The notes: a model not told the origin generated them from the letters alone. Positions 14,627 to 26,400 are shown, counted from the first letter of the stretch. The stretch: 64,000 bases of DNA from Tubulanus polymorphus (GCF_964204645.1 NC_134030.1:16926110-16990109); one strand, 5' to 3'. Numbers and translations: made by a program.

Positions 14627-15310
14627 ATGGAACCAGAACAACCACAAATTATCAATATTACAAATAACACTGCTGGTGTTATAAATATATACTACAAGAA
14701 GTGTTCTAAATGTGAATTAGATAAATTAGCTTTAACAGAATTTAGTAAGCGTATGATAAGCAAAGATGGTTTTCAATATTGTTGTAAAACTTGTTTTAAA
14801 CTATATACAATACCAAGAAGATAATATAGAACATTATAATTATTATATGACAGAATATATGAGAGAAAGATATCAAACAGATCTTAATTTTAGATTGAAA
14901 CAATGCTTAAGATCTAGATTAACACAATTATTCAACAAAGAAACACATTCAGAAACACTCTAATCTAATCTAATCTATTGGGTTGTTCAGATGAATTTCT
15001 CAAATCATGGATTATATTTCAATTCGATGATAAAATGAATATAGATAATTATGGAGATTATTACCATATTGATCACGTGTTACCGATATCTAAATTTAAC
15101 ATGAATGATGAATACAATAAAAAACTTATTTGGGGTTGGAAAAATTTAAGGCCTTTAGAAAAGAAAGAAAATCAAATCATATCTAATAAACTAGATTTAC
15201 AGTTATATTTAGAACAGTTAACAAAGGCAAAGAAATTTATTGATCAATGGAACAATGATCCAAATAATGAACAATATGTTCAGGAATTTGATATGAAGAA
15301 TCCGAAATGA
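14627..15310 (+). pseudogene. NCLDV/phage-type HNH (endonuclease VII-like) nuclease with N-terminal CxxC...CxxC finger
   Basis: KCSKC...DGFQYCCKTC, then FRLKQCLRSRL, then GCS...QF...M..DNYG..HIDHVLP...NLRPL...N; three frame pieces. Confidence 0.75.
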
Positions 15311-15619
15311 CTTATCTGGACAGTTATAATTACTGCTCCTAATAGATAAACAAAAGTAGTGAGATATCGAATAGAATTCAAATAAAATATATTAAAAAAA
15401 CAATAACTTCAACTAGCCATTATTTCTATTTTAATTTTTGATATTTTCTTTTACAATTCTTTTCAAAAGAGAATACTTTATATCACAAATAAAAAATACT
15501 AAAAAAACAATAACTAATACTAAAATTCTTTACCTTTAACTAAGCTAGTTTTAATCTAAAGAGATACTGGTATCATTTTATAATACTTATATGTTTTTTC
15601 GCTTTTTTCTCTAATATAA

Positions 15620-16228
15620 ATGTCAAAGAAATCGAGTAAGAATAGTATTGATATTGAAAAGACATTAGATGATTTGGGTATAAGTGATAATAAAGATACA
15701 GTTGTAACTAATTGTGCTCAAGTTAATTGTAATATTGATTATGAATACTATTTATATTGTAAACACCATCTTGAATTACTAATTGCTGGCGGGAAATCTA
15801 AAGAGTTTTTAACTAAGATAATTACTTTTCAAGAACTAGATGCTATGAAACCAAATAAAGTAATAAAATATTTTAAGATTTATGAAGAAGCTAGATTAGC
15901 TATAATAAATGATTCTATTTCAGATGGTATTGTCAAATGTTACTCTAAGTTATGTAACCAGTTAATACCAATTGATGATGAAAATAAATTATATAGTGAT
16001 TTGAAAAATGACTACTTAGTTATGACTGAATTACAAAAATGGGTTGGATATGCTCCATTTCAATTAGGATCGGTTATGACATTAATTTCTACTGGCGTCA
16101 TAACATTTTCGAACATCAAAACTATGGAATATAAATCAGGTAAGAACGAAAAAGATGGCGCCGTACGACACCCAAACGGTGAAACAGAAAACGAATCAGA
16201 ACAAAAATTAACTAAAATAAATGAGTGA
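15620..16228 (+). CDS. Conserved Polinton hypothetical protein
   Basis: Open 202-aa frame, homolog of 9448..10053; TAAATG start. Confidence 0.7.
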   Translation: MSKKSSKNSIDIEKTLDDLGISDNKDTVVTNCAQVNCNIDYEYYLYCKHHLELLIAGGKSKEFLTKIITFQELDAMKPNKVIKYFKIYEEARLAIINDSISDGIVKCYSKLCNQLIPIDDENKLYSDLKNDYLVMTELQKWVGYAPFQLGSVMTLISTGVITFSNIKTMEYKSGKNEKDGAVRHPNGETENESEQKLTKINE

Positions 16229-16589
16229 TGGAGTTAAGAAAAAGGTTAGATCTGAGAAACAAATTAAATGGGCAAGAGAATTAGGTAAAAGATCTTCAGA
16301 ATTAAAAAAAGCTAAGAAAAAGAAATTAACTGATATAAATGAATCACAGACTTGATCTGATATTGATTCAAATAATAATCCATCTAATTCTTCTAATGCT
16401 GGAAGTAATTATAAATTATATATTACAATTGGATTAGTAACAGTTATTATATTATCCGGTATAATATATAAATCAAAATTCAAATCTGATGATAAAGATG
16501 ATTCCAATGATAATAAACCTATTATACCAGAAAATAAGTCAAATGATAAAGTCATTGAAAATAAACCAAGATTATTATTAATGGATTAA
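16221..16589 (+). pseudogene. Small basic single-TM protein, disrupted
   Basis: MSDGVKKKVRSEKQIKWARELG... ends in MD*, like 9986..10342. Confidence 0.6.
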
Positions 16590-16595
16590 AATAAG

Positions 16596-17687
16596 ATGAA
16601 AAAAGAACAATATCTAAGAGATTTATATTATAGCCCAGAGAGTGAAGTATCATATTCTAGTATTTCAGAATTATGGAATAAAATTAAATCTGATAATGAA
16701 AATGGTGATATAAAATATAGTGAATTAAAATCATGGTTACAAAATCAACCAACATATCAAATCCACAAGAAAATGGATAAAACTTATTTAACAAGAAAAG
16801 TTATGGTTTCATATATTGATCAACAATGGCAAGCTGATTTAATTGACATGAAGAACTTAGAAGAATACAACAAAGGATATTTCTGGATATTGAATGTTAT
16901 AGACATATTCAGTCGATACGCATGCTCAATTCCAATCAAAAATAAAACTGGAATAGAAGTTACAAATGCTTTTAAGAATATATTTAAAGAAGCTATTCCA
17001 GATAAGATACAATTTGATGAAGGTAAGGAATTCTATAACAAACATTTTAAAAAACTATTATCTGATAACGATGTAGAATATTTTTAAACACACTCAGATA
17101 AAAAAGCATCTATTATAGAAAGATTTAATAAAACATTGAAATCTAGAATGTGGAAATATTTTACTGCTAATGAAACATATAAATATATCGATGTATTAGA
17201 TGATTTAGTGAAAGGTTATAATAATTCTAAACATAGTTCTATAAATATGAAACCTATACAAGCTAGAAAAGAAGATAATTCGGAAATAGTTTGGAATAAT
17301 TTATATGGAGCGTTTGTTACACATGATTTCGGTGAACCTAAATTTAAAATAAGACAACACGTTAGAATATCTAAATATAGAAAAACCTTTTATAAAGGTT
17401 ATACCCCAAATTTTACAGAAGAAATATTCAAGATCAAAAAGATAATATTAACTAAACCTTTTGTTTATAAATTAGAAGATCTAAAAGATGAAGAAATATT
17501 AGGTTATTTCAATGAACAAGAATTATCACTTGTATCAAACCCAGATGAAATAGAATACAAAATAGAAAAAGTATTGAAAACAAAAACTCTTAAAGGAAAA
17601 AAGTATTCTTTGGTGAAATATAAAGGATACGATGATAAATTTAATGAATGGATTTTATCTAGTAAAATTAAAAGAATAAATGAATAA
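16596..17687 (+). pseudogene. rve integrase with chromodomain, copy B; one in-frame stop at 17085-17087
   Basis: WQADLIDM, IQFDEGKEF and IERFNKTLK (DDE); C-terminal chromodomain YKIEKVLK...VKYKGYDDKFNEW. Confidence 0.92.
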
Positions 17688-18290
17688 AGATTTATATATA
17701 TTTATCCGCATAATATGTTAGTTACTGGTGTAACCAATTGTGGTAAAACACATTTCATATTAGATTTGTTAGAAACTATTTATAAGAATCATTTTGATCA
17801 TATAATATTATTCTGTCCTACTTATGAAATGAATAAAACATATAATAGAGACATAGTTAAGATAAAAAAGTTTATTATATTAAATCCTAAAACAGTAAAA
17901 GAAAATTTAGATAATTGTATAAAAATAGCAATTGATACTTATAAAGGATCAAATACATTATTCATTATAGATGATTGCGCAAATTTACATGATTCAAAAG
18001 TTAGAGAAAGTGAGTTATGTTATTTAGCTCTTTCTGGAAGACATTTTGGGATAACAACATGGGTTTTAAATCAAAAATATAATTCAATTGTTAAAGACTT
18101 TAGGGAGAATATAAGATTTCTAGTTTTATTTTATAACAAAGATAAAAAATCTATGCAACAATCATTGGAAGAAAATCAAATTATACCTACTGAATTACAT
18201 GATGAATATATGAATAAATTAAAGAATAATAAAGGTTCAAAATTATTACTGAGTTTACAATTTCCCTATGAATATAAATTTATAAAATAA
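17680..18290 (+). CDS. A32/FtsK-like packaging ATPase, copy B (1-bp deletion near the probable true start at 17680; open from 17715)
   Basis: GVTNCGKT, IIDD and GRHFGIT motifs. Confidence 0.88.
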
Positions 18291-18299
18291 CTATTTGTG

Positions 18300-18652
18300 T
18301 ACCTATGTATTAGATGCCCTAATACCTGATACCCCATTAGATACCCTAATACCTGATACCCTATTAGATACCTTAAATACTTAAAACCCCCTTTTTTAAA
18401 TATTATTTATACAATTTTCAACCAATTTATTTTTATTTTTTCAACATATATATGAATAAGTTTTAAAATAATAAAGGTTATTTATTATTACTGAGGTTTC
18501 AATTTCCATATGAATACCAGTTTATAAAATAAGATATTTTATGTATAAGATTGTATTAGATATGTATTAGATATGTATTAGATACCTTAAATACCTTAAA
18601 TACTTAAAACCCCCTTTTTTTATTTACTATTATTTTATACAATTTTCAACCT
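18300..18652. repeat. Short tandem and direct repeats at the junction of the convergent transcription blocks
   Basis: TTAGATACCCTAATACCTGATACCC units; duplicated TTAAATACTTAAAACCCCCTTTTTT...TATACAATTTTCAACC. Confidence 0.7.
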
Positions 18653-19521
18653 TTATTACTTTTTGATTTAAATATAATTAATATCTTAATCACTTTCACT
18701 ATCAGACCCCTTAACAATTTATTCAAATTCTCTACCGAATTTTCTTCTTCAAATTCTCTATTATTTTTATACTTATTTTTCACCTTTTTTACCGCATCAT
18801 CAATAGTTGTTTCATTGTTATGCTTATTAATCCAATCAAATTTATCATTATTTTCTACTTTATGTTTCATAGAATCTTTATTAGTGTTTGCTCCTAATAT
18901 TTCATTTACAGTGTTTGATCCTAATATTTCATTAGCATCGGTTAGATCTAATTCATCTTTATTAGGTGTTGCTAATAATAAATCTTCATATATTTTTTCA
19001 CCATTTACTTTTTGATTTGAAACAAACTTTGTAACATATCTAAATGGGTGTTCTATAAATTCTTTTAAACCAACACGTTCTATAACATTATTTATATGTA
19101 CCCTTGTATTCATATGTTTATTCCAATTTGATGTAGCGTTTGAAAATTCACTTTTACAATATCCACAATAATTTCTATTTTCACTAACATTTGATATTAT
19201 TTCATTATAAGATGTAGAAGGTATTACATTATTAGATGTAGGAGGTATTACATTATTAGATGTAGAAGGTATTACATTATTATATGTAGAAGGTATTACA
19301 TTATTAGATGTAGAAGGTATTACATTATTATCAATTACATTACTTAAATTATCAACAACACCACTTTTATTATTATCGATTTCTATTAGTTTAGTTTTAT
19401 AAATTTTGAAAATAGGATCAAATATCAAAGCTATATTACAAGGTATTACATAATATAAACCATCATTATTTTCATGTGTATCGATGTATGGAATATGTTT
19501 ATATACTTTACCTCCTTCCAT
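18646..19521 (-). CDS. Accessory protein with 8-aa repeats (NNVIPSTS x5) and a C2H2/U1-type zinc finger
   Basis: Open 291-aa frame; CGYC...HMNTRVH; 24-bp DNA repeats at ~19205-19330. Confidence 0.65.
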   Translation of the reverse strand: MEGGKVYKHIPYIDTHENNDGLYYVIPCNIALIFDPIFKIYKTKLIEIDNNKSGVVDNLSNVIDNNVIPSTSNNVIPSTYNNVIPSTSNNVIPPTSNNVIPSTSYNEIISNVSENRNYCGYCKSEFSNATSNWNKHMNTRVHINNVIERVGLKEFIEHPFRYVTKFVSNQKVNGEKIYEDLLLATPNKDELDLTDANEILGSNTVNEILGANTNKDSMKHKVENNDKFDWINKHNNETTIDDAVKKVKNKYKNNREFEEENSVENLNKLLRGLIVKVIKILIIFKSKSNKG

Positions 19522-19554
19522 TTATTATATAAATATTTTATTAAAGTTAAAATT

Positions 19555-20802
19555 TTAATACATAACACTATTCAATTGAGAATTTACAATATTTAATTGC
19601 GCGTCAGATATAATATAAATGTGCATTTTGAAATTTTTGATTCCTTTATTCTTTGTCATGAATAATTGTATTCCATCTTAAGTGTTTTGTAATTTTTTTC
19701 CAGAACCATGTAATGAATTATCCTCTGTTGTTCTAAAATCTAACCATAATGCATATTTATTACCGGTATAATAATCAATTTGATTAATATTACAATTTTC
19801 AAATGATTTTACTTTTTCATTCATAAAATGTTTTCTAATTTCTGGCCATTGATCTATCATTCTCATTCCTTGACAAAATATTTTATTTGCTATTGCTTCG
19901 ATAGTTATTTCTACTTTTGTTATTTCAGGATTATAATAATTATCAACATTTATTGCACCATTAGTATATGTTGCAATGGTAAAAAATATTAATATACCTT
20001 TAATAGATCTTCTTGGGAAGTTAATATTCTCATTAATAATTTCATCATTTGCATTAATAGTTACAGTTTTCAATTTATCAATATAATCATATAATAATGA
20101 AAATCCTTGATTGTATTGAGTTTGAATTATACTTGAAATATTTTCATCAGTTACTGTGTCATATTCTAAACATATATTCGATAATTTATAACTCATATCT
20201 TTATTAACGCTAGATATTACAATTTCATTTACAGGAGCAAATGTTATTTCGAATATAACGTCTTCTTGAATTGCGTATTTATATAAAGGTGCATTGTTAT
20301 TTATCAATTCAAAGTCTAATGGAATTTTATATTTGCTTCCATCTATACTTTTTATCAATTTATCTACAGCATTAGTTAATATTGCGCTATTAGCTTCTGA
20401 TCTTAATTTATTTTGGTTTTCTGATTGGATGCCTTGAAATATCATATTATTTCTATTTTCTTTAGTTAACCATAAATCTTTATAATGCATAAATAAATTA
20501 TAATCATCTAATGAGAAAACTGTTTCTGGGCCAATCTTTATAGTTAATTTTTTAATCAAATATCTTCCAACATTATCAACAACATAATTATTATTATTAC
20601 CGGTTACTTTTATATCGGCTGATAAATAAATACTATTTGGAACATAAAAAGTATTTTGTGTTAATCGAGGAATTCTAACATATAAAGTTTCATCAGGATT
20701 AATATTAGAAGGGTTATGAGTAATTATATGATGTGATCTTTCTGCTTTAATAGCATTAGATATTCTATGATTCTTAGAAGGATTGATATAACTCCCACTC
20801 AT
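19555..20802 (-). pseudogene. Major capsid protein (double jelly-roll, ~415 aa); one premature stop at 19678
   Basis: Beta-rich protein of MCP size within a Polinton; frame continues past the stop (DGIQLFM...SDAQLNIVNSQ); assignment from size, context and resemblance to animal Polinton MCPs. Confidence 0.8.
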
Positions 20803-20829
20803 TTATTTAACAAATTAATTAATTATTTA

Positions 20830-22286
20830 TTTTTTATCATGTTTACTAATCCAAAAATAATAGCACTTACAACTGTAATTAAAAATAAAATAATATGTTC
20901 AGCAGCAAAGTTAATAATGTTTCCTGCAGATTTCAATATAAAACCAACAATTGATGCAATAACTCCTGGCAATGCTGCAGCAGATTGATTTCTTTGATAG
21001 TTCCCATAAATATTTTGCTCATTTCTTTAAACCATCCTTAACTTTATCTTGTATAGAATTATCATTCGGGGGTTAATCTGGTTTATTGGGAGTAGGAGTA
21101 GATTTTAAAGCATTTGATATTGCTAAACCTATTGTTGTAAATAACATAGTTACAGCTGTTAGAATTGAAAGAATTGTTATTCCTTCTAACTTGAATAATA
21201 ACTTTATTCTGTCTTTCAATGATATTTCAGAATCTGGTTTAATCAACAAATCTTTAACAACAACTTTTAATCTATTTATATTATAATCATATGATTTAAA
21301 CAATAATTTAATTTCTTCTTTTTGTAATTCTATGTTATATTCTAAATCATCTTTTTCTTTTTCTAAATACGCATTTCTTTTTTTTATTCGATTTCTTCAA
21401 TAACTTTATTATCTCTATCTAATTTTAGTTGTTCCGATTCTTTTCTTGATTTAAATAATACATCTTCTAAAGTTCTAATTTTTAAATCTCTTATACTTTT
21501 ATCATGCGCAATTTTATCTGATGCAAGTCTTATACTTTTAATTTCTCTAATTGCTTCATCAGAAAATATATTATTTAAATCTTCTAATTGTTGGTCTGTT
21601 GTATCAATTAATCCATTTGGTAAAAGTTTTTCAATTGGAACTTTATTTGTTTTAAGTTTACTAGTTTTGGAAGTTTTATTCTGTTCAGAAGTTGTTTCCG
21701 TTTCTGGATTATCATCGATTATTTTATATAAGTCATCAATTTTTTGACTAAATATTCTTATATTATCATCTCTTTCTTCTTGTGTAACATCAGTTATTTC
21801 ATTACTAATACTTATTCTCTTAATTCTAGATGTTTCTAAATTTCTCAAAGTTGATTCCGCTAATATTTTATTTAGTTTTGTCTTTTGATTAGTGATATCA
21901 ATATAATAATCACCATCCAAACGATAATAATATTTACCTTTAAAAAGTTTTAATTTTTGTACTAAAAGTCTGGCGCCTCTATCATTTATATTATATCCAG
22001 ATTCTTTAAATACACGTTGAAAATCATACATAAAATCAATATTTTCAAGATCTTCCTTTGATAAACCTTGATTTTCATTTTCAGGATTTATTCTCGATCT
22101 AGTTCTTCTATCAAATTCATCTGTTGATGGGGCTTTAGAACCACTATCTGCTAAATTAGAATTATATGCTAGTTCATTACCATCGTCAATATTAGTTTCT
22201 GCATCATTATAATCATCATCAATATATCCTTTATTATTATTTCCCATGCCGTCCATTTCATAATCTTCTCCACCTTCTACATCCAT
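20830..22286 (-). pseudogene. Acidic/coiled-coil plus multi-TM protein, disrupted
   Basis: ORFs 21384..22286 and 21073..21303 plus downstream SAAALPGVIASIVGFIL segment. Confidence 0.7.
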
Positions 22287-22299
22287 TTACATAATGAAA

Positions 22300-23728
22300 A
22301 AATTAAAAATCTAAAATATAATATTCCTCCGATTACAATTCCTATACAAGTTATAGCTAATTTAGTATTTTCATGGGATTTATTATCATCATTTATTTTA
22401 ATTATATCATGTTGAATATTATCAGTTTTTATATTTTCTGATGTATTATAATCCGGTTTAGAATCATTATTTGATTTAATATTATTAGTTTTAGTTTCTG
22501 TTGATTGAATATGTTTTTTATTTTTTTCACCTTCCATTTATTTTGGAGCAGTAATAATCTTTTTATTTATATCACTTAATCCAAATGAATTATTTACTGT
22601 TGCAGTTTTAATTAGATTATTGTAACCAATTATGTTTCCCATCTTTAATACTAAATCATTAGATATAATTTATAGATTAGGGCCTATACAATAATTTTAT
22701 CTAATATGTGATTTACCTAAATAATTTTGATATCTTACAATGTTTTCTGGAATCGATCTATTTTTATCATTATGAATGGAATCTTCAAATAATACTTTGA
22801 ATTGTTTCTGTGTATCAAATGATGTATTCAAATTTCCAATTATTGGGGATCTTGTTTCAACTTGCGCACCTAAAATACATATCAAATAAGTTCTAATAGA
22901 TTGATTTATTCTTTGTATACCTGATTTTGTAAAACCTTCATTATTTTCTAAAATGAAATAAACCCAACCATTATTGTTTTCTTGTTTTGAATTATCATAA
23001 AATGTCGGTAATTTATTGAAATTTAATGTTTCTAAATCCTTAGTTTCTATTTTACCATAACCTAATTTATTACTATAGATATTATACAAACTATTAGATG
23101 GTATGGGAAGTGCACAATATTCTGCAATCTTTTTAGGGCAAGGAAGTGATCTTATTGTTCCAATTTTTGTTCTAAAATCAGAATTATTTATATCTATATT
23201 AAATTCATTACAAATTTTATAAAACTTTGATAAATTAATATTATTATCTAATTCTTTAGAATACCTAGATCCTGGTAAAGCGCACTCTAATTCATTTAAT
23301 ATTATTCTGATTTGAAAGTATGTATGAAATCTAAATAAACTTTGAATTAATTTATATTTAGAATTATTCAAATGATCATTCCAACTAATTCCACATCCTG
23401 TTGTTACACAATAAACAGCAAAATTTAATTGGTTCTGCCAATACTTCATATTTCAGATTTTAATAATCATTGAATTAGATTTTAATACTTCAGATTTTAA
23501 TAATCATTGTTTTTCATCTTTCAATTTTTAAAAATTAATTAAATATACATGAAATATATTTTCCATCTTTGCATTAAAATTATTAGTTTCAGTAACATAA
23601 ATTTCTAAATTAGTTAATGAATCTAAAACTTCATTTCTATATGTAATATCTTTATTAAAATCTATTGCTAGAATATTATATTTAATTGATTTATTATATT
23701 GGAAAGCTTTTGGAAAACTATCTACCAT
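22300..23728 (-). pseudogene. Conserved Polinton hypothetical protein with C-terminal TM anchor (probably one ~450-aa gene)
   Basis: ORFs 23528..23728, 22697..23449 and 22277..22537 are colinear with copy A; only the first has a TAAATG start. Confidence 0.7.
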
Positions 23729-23736
23729 TTATTTAA

Positions 23737-24159
23737 TTAAAAAATTAATAATTTATCTTGTTCTTCAACTGTTATATGACCATTTAAACTTATTATATAA
23801 TCTAGTGTATTCTTCAATTTATTAATTTCTTTTATATTAGTTTTAATTTTTTCTTTATTACTTTTTATATTTAATTTTGAACTTATACCAGTTAAAACAC
23901 TTGAACTTAATCCTAATACACCAATTGATATAGCTAAAGGTGTTAATGGGCTGAATATTGCTAGAAATGTTATTACAGAACTAATTGTAACCGAACCACT
24001 GATAATAAGATAATACATAATATTACTTTTTAAATATTTTTTCTTTTTTATCTTTAAGTCACTTTCAAATTCTAATATTTGTTTTTCTAAATATGTTTTT
24101 AATTTAGTTTTATTTATATCATGGGGAATAATATCAATACTATCAACTTTATCTTCCAT
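23737..24159 (-). CDS. Two-TM membrane protein
   Basis: Open 140-aa frame with a hydrophobic hairpin; T7-GCTAAA-TAAATG start. Confidence 0.7.
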   Translation of the reverse strand: MEDKVDSIDIIPHDINKTKLKTYLEKQILEFESDLKIKKKKYLKSNIMYYLIISGSVTISSVITFLAIFSPLTPLAISIGVLGLSSSVLTGISSKLNIKSNKEKIKTNIKEINKLKNTLDYIISLNGHITVEEQDKLLIF

Positions 24160-24178
24160 TTATTTAGCAAAAAAATTA

Positions 24179-24601
24179 CTAATTAGTAAACTTATACGCC
24201 AAAAATATAACAATAACTGTTCCACCTAAAATCCAAATTATTTCATATTTCTTCTGTTCATTACTTGGGGTATAATAATCTGATAATTTAGGTTTGTATA
24301 GATGTAATTTTTCTTTATTTGTTACTGCGTTATATAAACTCATTGCATCATCAACTGATTGAAAATCTCTATGTGAAATCTTCTGATCATATAATTCTTT
24401 ATTGATGTAATCCATATAGTTTTGTCGTTTTTCTCTATAATCTTACGCTGCTTTATTGTATTTCTCTAATGCTAAGTTATGTCTCCTTTGTTCTCCTAAT
24501 GAACTATTTTTATCAATATGCTTAAATGAATAACCGCCACCAGTAAATGCTAAAGCGTTAACAATTGCCGATCCTATAATAGTTATAATTGCAGAAGCCA
24601 T
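24179..24601 (-). pseudogene. Small protein with N-terminal hydrophobic helix (MASAIITIIGSAIVNALAFTGGG) and C-terminal TM; one internal stop
   Basis: Manual translation upstream of ORF 24179..24415; TAAATG start at 24601. Confidence 0.65.
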
Positions 24602-24625
24602 TTATTTAGCAAAAAAATTATTCAT

Positions 24626-24846
24626 TTATATGGGAGGAATATATTTTTGTTTTTCCAAATAATCAATAGTTAAATTAGATAAAGTAACTGCTAATGTTAA
24701 TTTTAAAATATCATTTATATCAAATCTATCAACATTAACACTTCCCATTTTAAATACTTTTTTAATACCATTGAATAACCAACAGTTCCAACTGATAGTA
24801 TTGCGCCATTATATATTCCAGTTATTATCCACTTATTATCACTCAT
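24626..24846 (-). pseudogene. ~73-aa two-helix hydrophobic protein with a 1-bp frameshift
   Basis: MSDNKWIITGIYNGAILSVGTVGYSMVL / ...DILKLTLAVTLSNLTIDYLEKQKYIPPI; TAAATG start. Confidence 0.55.
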
Positions 24847-24957
24847 TTATTTATCAAAAAAATTACTATCATCAAAATATTTAGTTAACTTATTTATGAT
24901 TATTTCAACATTTATTTCATTACTAGTTTCATTTGTATATATTTCAATTATTATTTT

Positions 24958-25203
24958 TTAGATATCATCGATGATAAAATCTTCATCTAATTCATAAAAT
25001 CTTAAAGATTCTCTAATTAAATTAGTAATCTTTTCTACATTTAAAGTTTCTTTATCTATTGTTTTTTCATACTCAAATGTTGTTTCATTAGAAAATGTAA
25101 TATTTTTGATATGTGTAATTACATCAGTAATGTTGAATTTCATTTCTTTCTCATGTTTAAAATCAAACCCAAAACATATACTCGGCCCAACAGTTATATT
25201 CAT
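24958..25203 (-). CDS. Hypothetical viral protein (possibly truncated)
   Basis: 81-aa ORF with T6-N7-TAAATG start. Confidence 0.5.
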   Translation of the reverse strand: MNITVGPSICFGFDFKHEKEMKFNITDVITHIKNITFSNETTFEYEKTIDKETLNVEKITNLIRESLRFYELDEDFIIDDI

Positions 25204-25219
25204 TTATATAGTGAAAAAA

Positions 25220-26029
25220 TTACTCTTTACATCTTATAACTAATTCATATATCACAGGAAAGTTATTCAAATCAATTAAATAACCATTATGATTTCTTAT
25301 TTCTAATTTAAAATTATTGAAATGTGGAATACAAGGTTTGAAATCACATTCAGTTAAATTATAATTTATTTGAGTTCCAAATTGTTTAACATTTTTAGAG
25401 GTAAAATATTTAGTATACTAGAACTACAAATTGTTTCTTTAGTTGCTTCGAAAGTTTTTGTAGGCTCGATTAAATTGCAATAAATATAAAAGTGTGTAAA
25501 AGGTATTATATTTGAGCTGCCTTCTGCGTTTCCAGTAACTGTAAGAGGTTTAATTCCTAACATTTTAGCCAGTGGTTTGTTTACCATAAATTTATGTTGT
25601 TCATTAGATATCTTTATTCTTATTTTATTAGTACTATCAATTTTATGAAATTTAATTTCAAATACAGAAGTGCCCGCGATTTTCAACCGAGCTCTTCTAT
25701 TAATTTCCTGCGCTAATGATTCTAAATTATATAATCCTGGTTTTAAAAATATATGAAACCATTTATCTTTATTTCTCATATAAATCATAAACCCTCTATG
25801 TTCAAAAGTTTTATCTGATATATTATAAAAAGGATTACATAAACTTATATTAACTAATTTTATTACATAAACTTATATTAACTAATTTTAAATCTATACA
25901 ATTCTTAACTAATTTTAAATCTATACAATTCTTAAATTCTCTATCTAATTGTACTAGTAAATTATGAGATTTATAATTTGTAAGACTTCTAGAATCAACA
26001 AATATTCTGTATTCTTTTAATTCCGCCAT
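25220..26029 (-). pseudogene. Minor capsid protein / penton (single jelly-roll), frameshifted
   Basis: MAELKEYRIFVDSRS...PGLYNLESLAQEIN...FYIYCNLIE...FKLEIRNHNGYLIDLNNFPVIYEL pattern typical of Polinton/virophage pentons; micro-duplications at ~25840-25935. Confidence 0.7.
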
Positions 26030-26046
26030 TTATTTTACATATTTTC

Positions 26047-26400
26047 TTATTCGAAATCTATTTCATGGTGCCCTTTTTCATTCTTACCTTTGTATATGAA
26101 ATAGAAATCTCCAGAACATAATTCTTCTAAATCTTCACTTGATAATCTATGAAATCTATCTGGTAAATATGTTCTGAATTTATATGTATTTCCTTTTAAT
26201 CCTTCATATTCTAAGTGTATAACTAATTTATCTCCATAGTTATTAGTAACTGTAACAATATCTGTAATTAGATATTTCTTATGGATTGTTAATTCTGTTA
26301 ACTTTTTGAATTTATAATCTACAGATTTTACATTTGTGATATCTTTAATTCTATCTAGAAATAATTTGTTGTTCTCACTGTGCGCTTGTTTACTCTCCAT
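26047..26400 (-). CDS. Small pPolB-adjacent protein, putative OB-fold ssDNA-binding protein
   Basis: Open 117-aa frame with F..L.EL...Y.I...YG...LP.RF pattern; function is inference. Confidence 0.5.
   Translation of the reverse strand: MESKQAHSENNKLFLDRIKDITNVKSVDYKFKKLTELTIHKKYLITDIVTVTNNYGDKLVIHLEYEGLKGNTYKFRTYLPDRFHRLSSEDLEELCSGDFYFIYKGKNEKGHHEIDFE

Noticed and set aside
15297-15367. SECIS or hammerhead ribozyme identity for the conserved hairpin
   Set aside because: ATGA is present, but the paired GA quartet, apical AA and CUGAUGA core are not properly placed.
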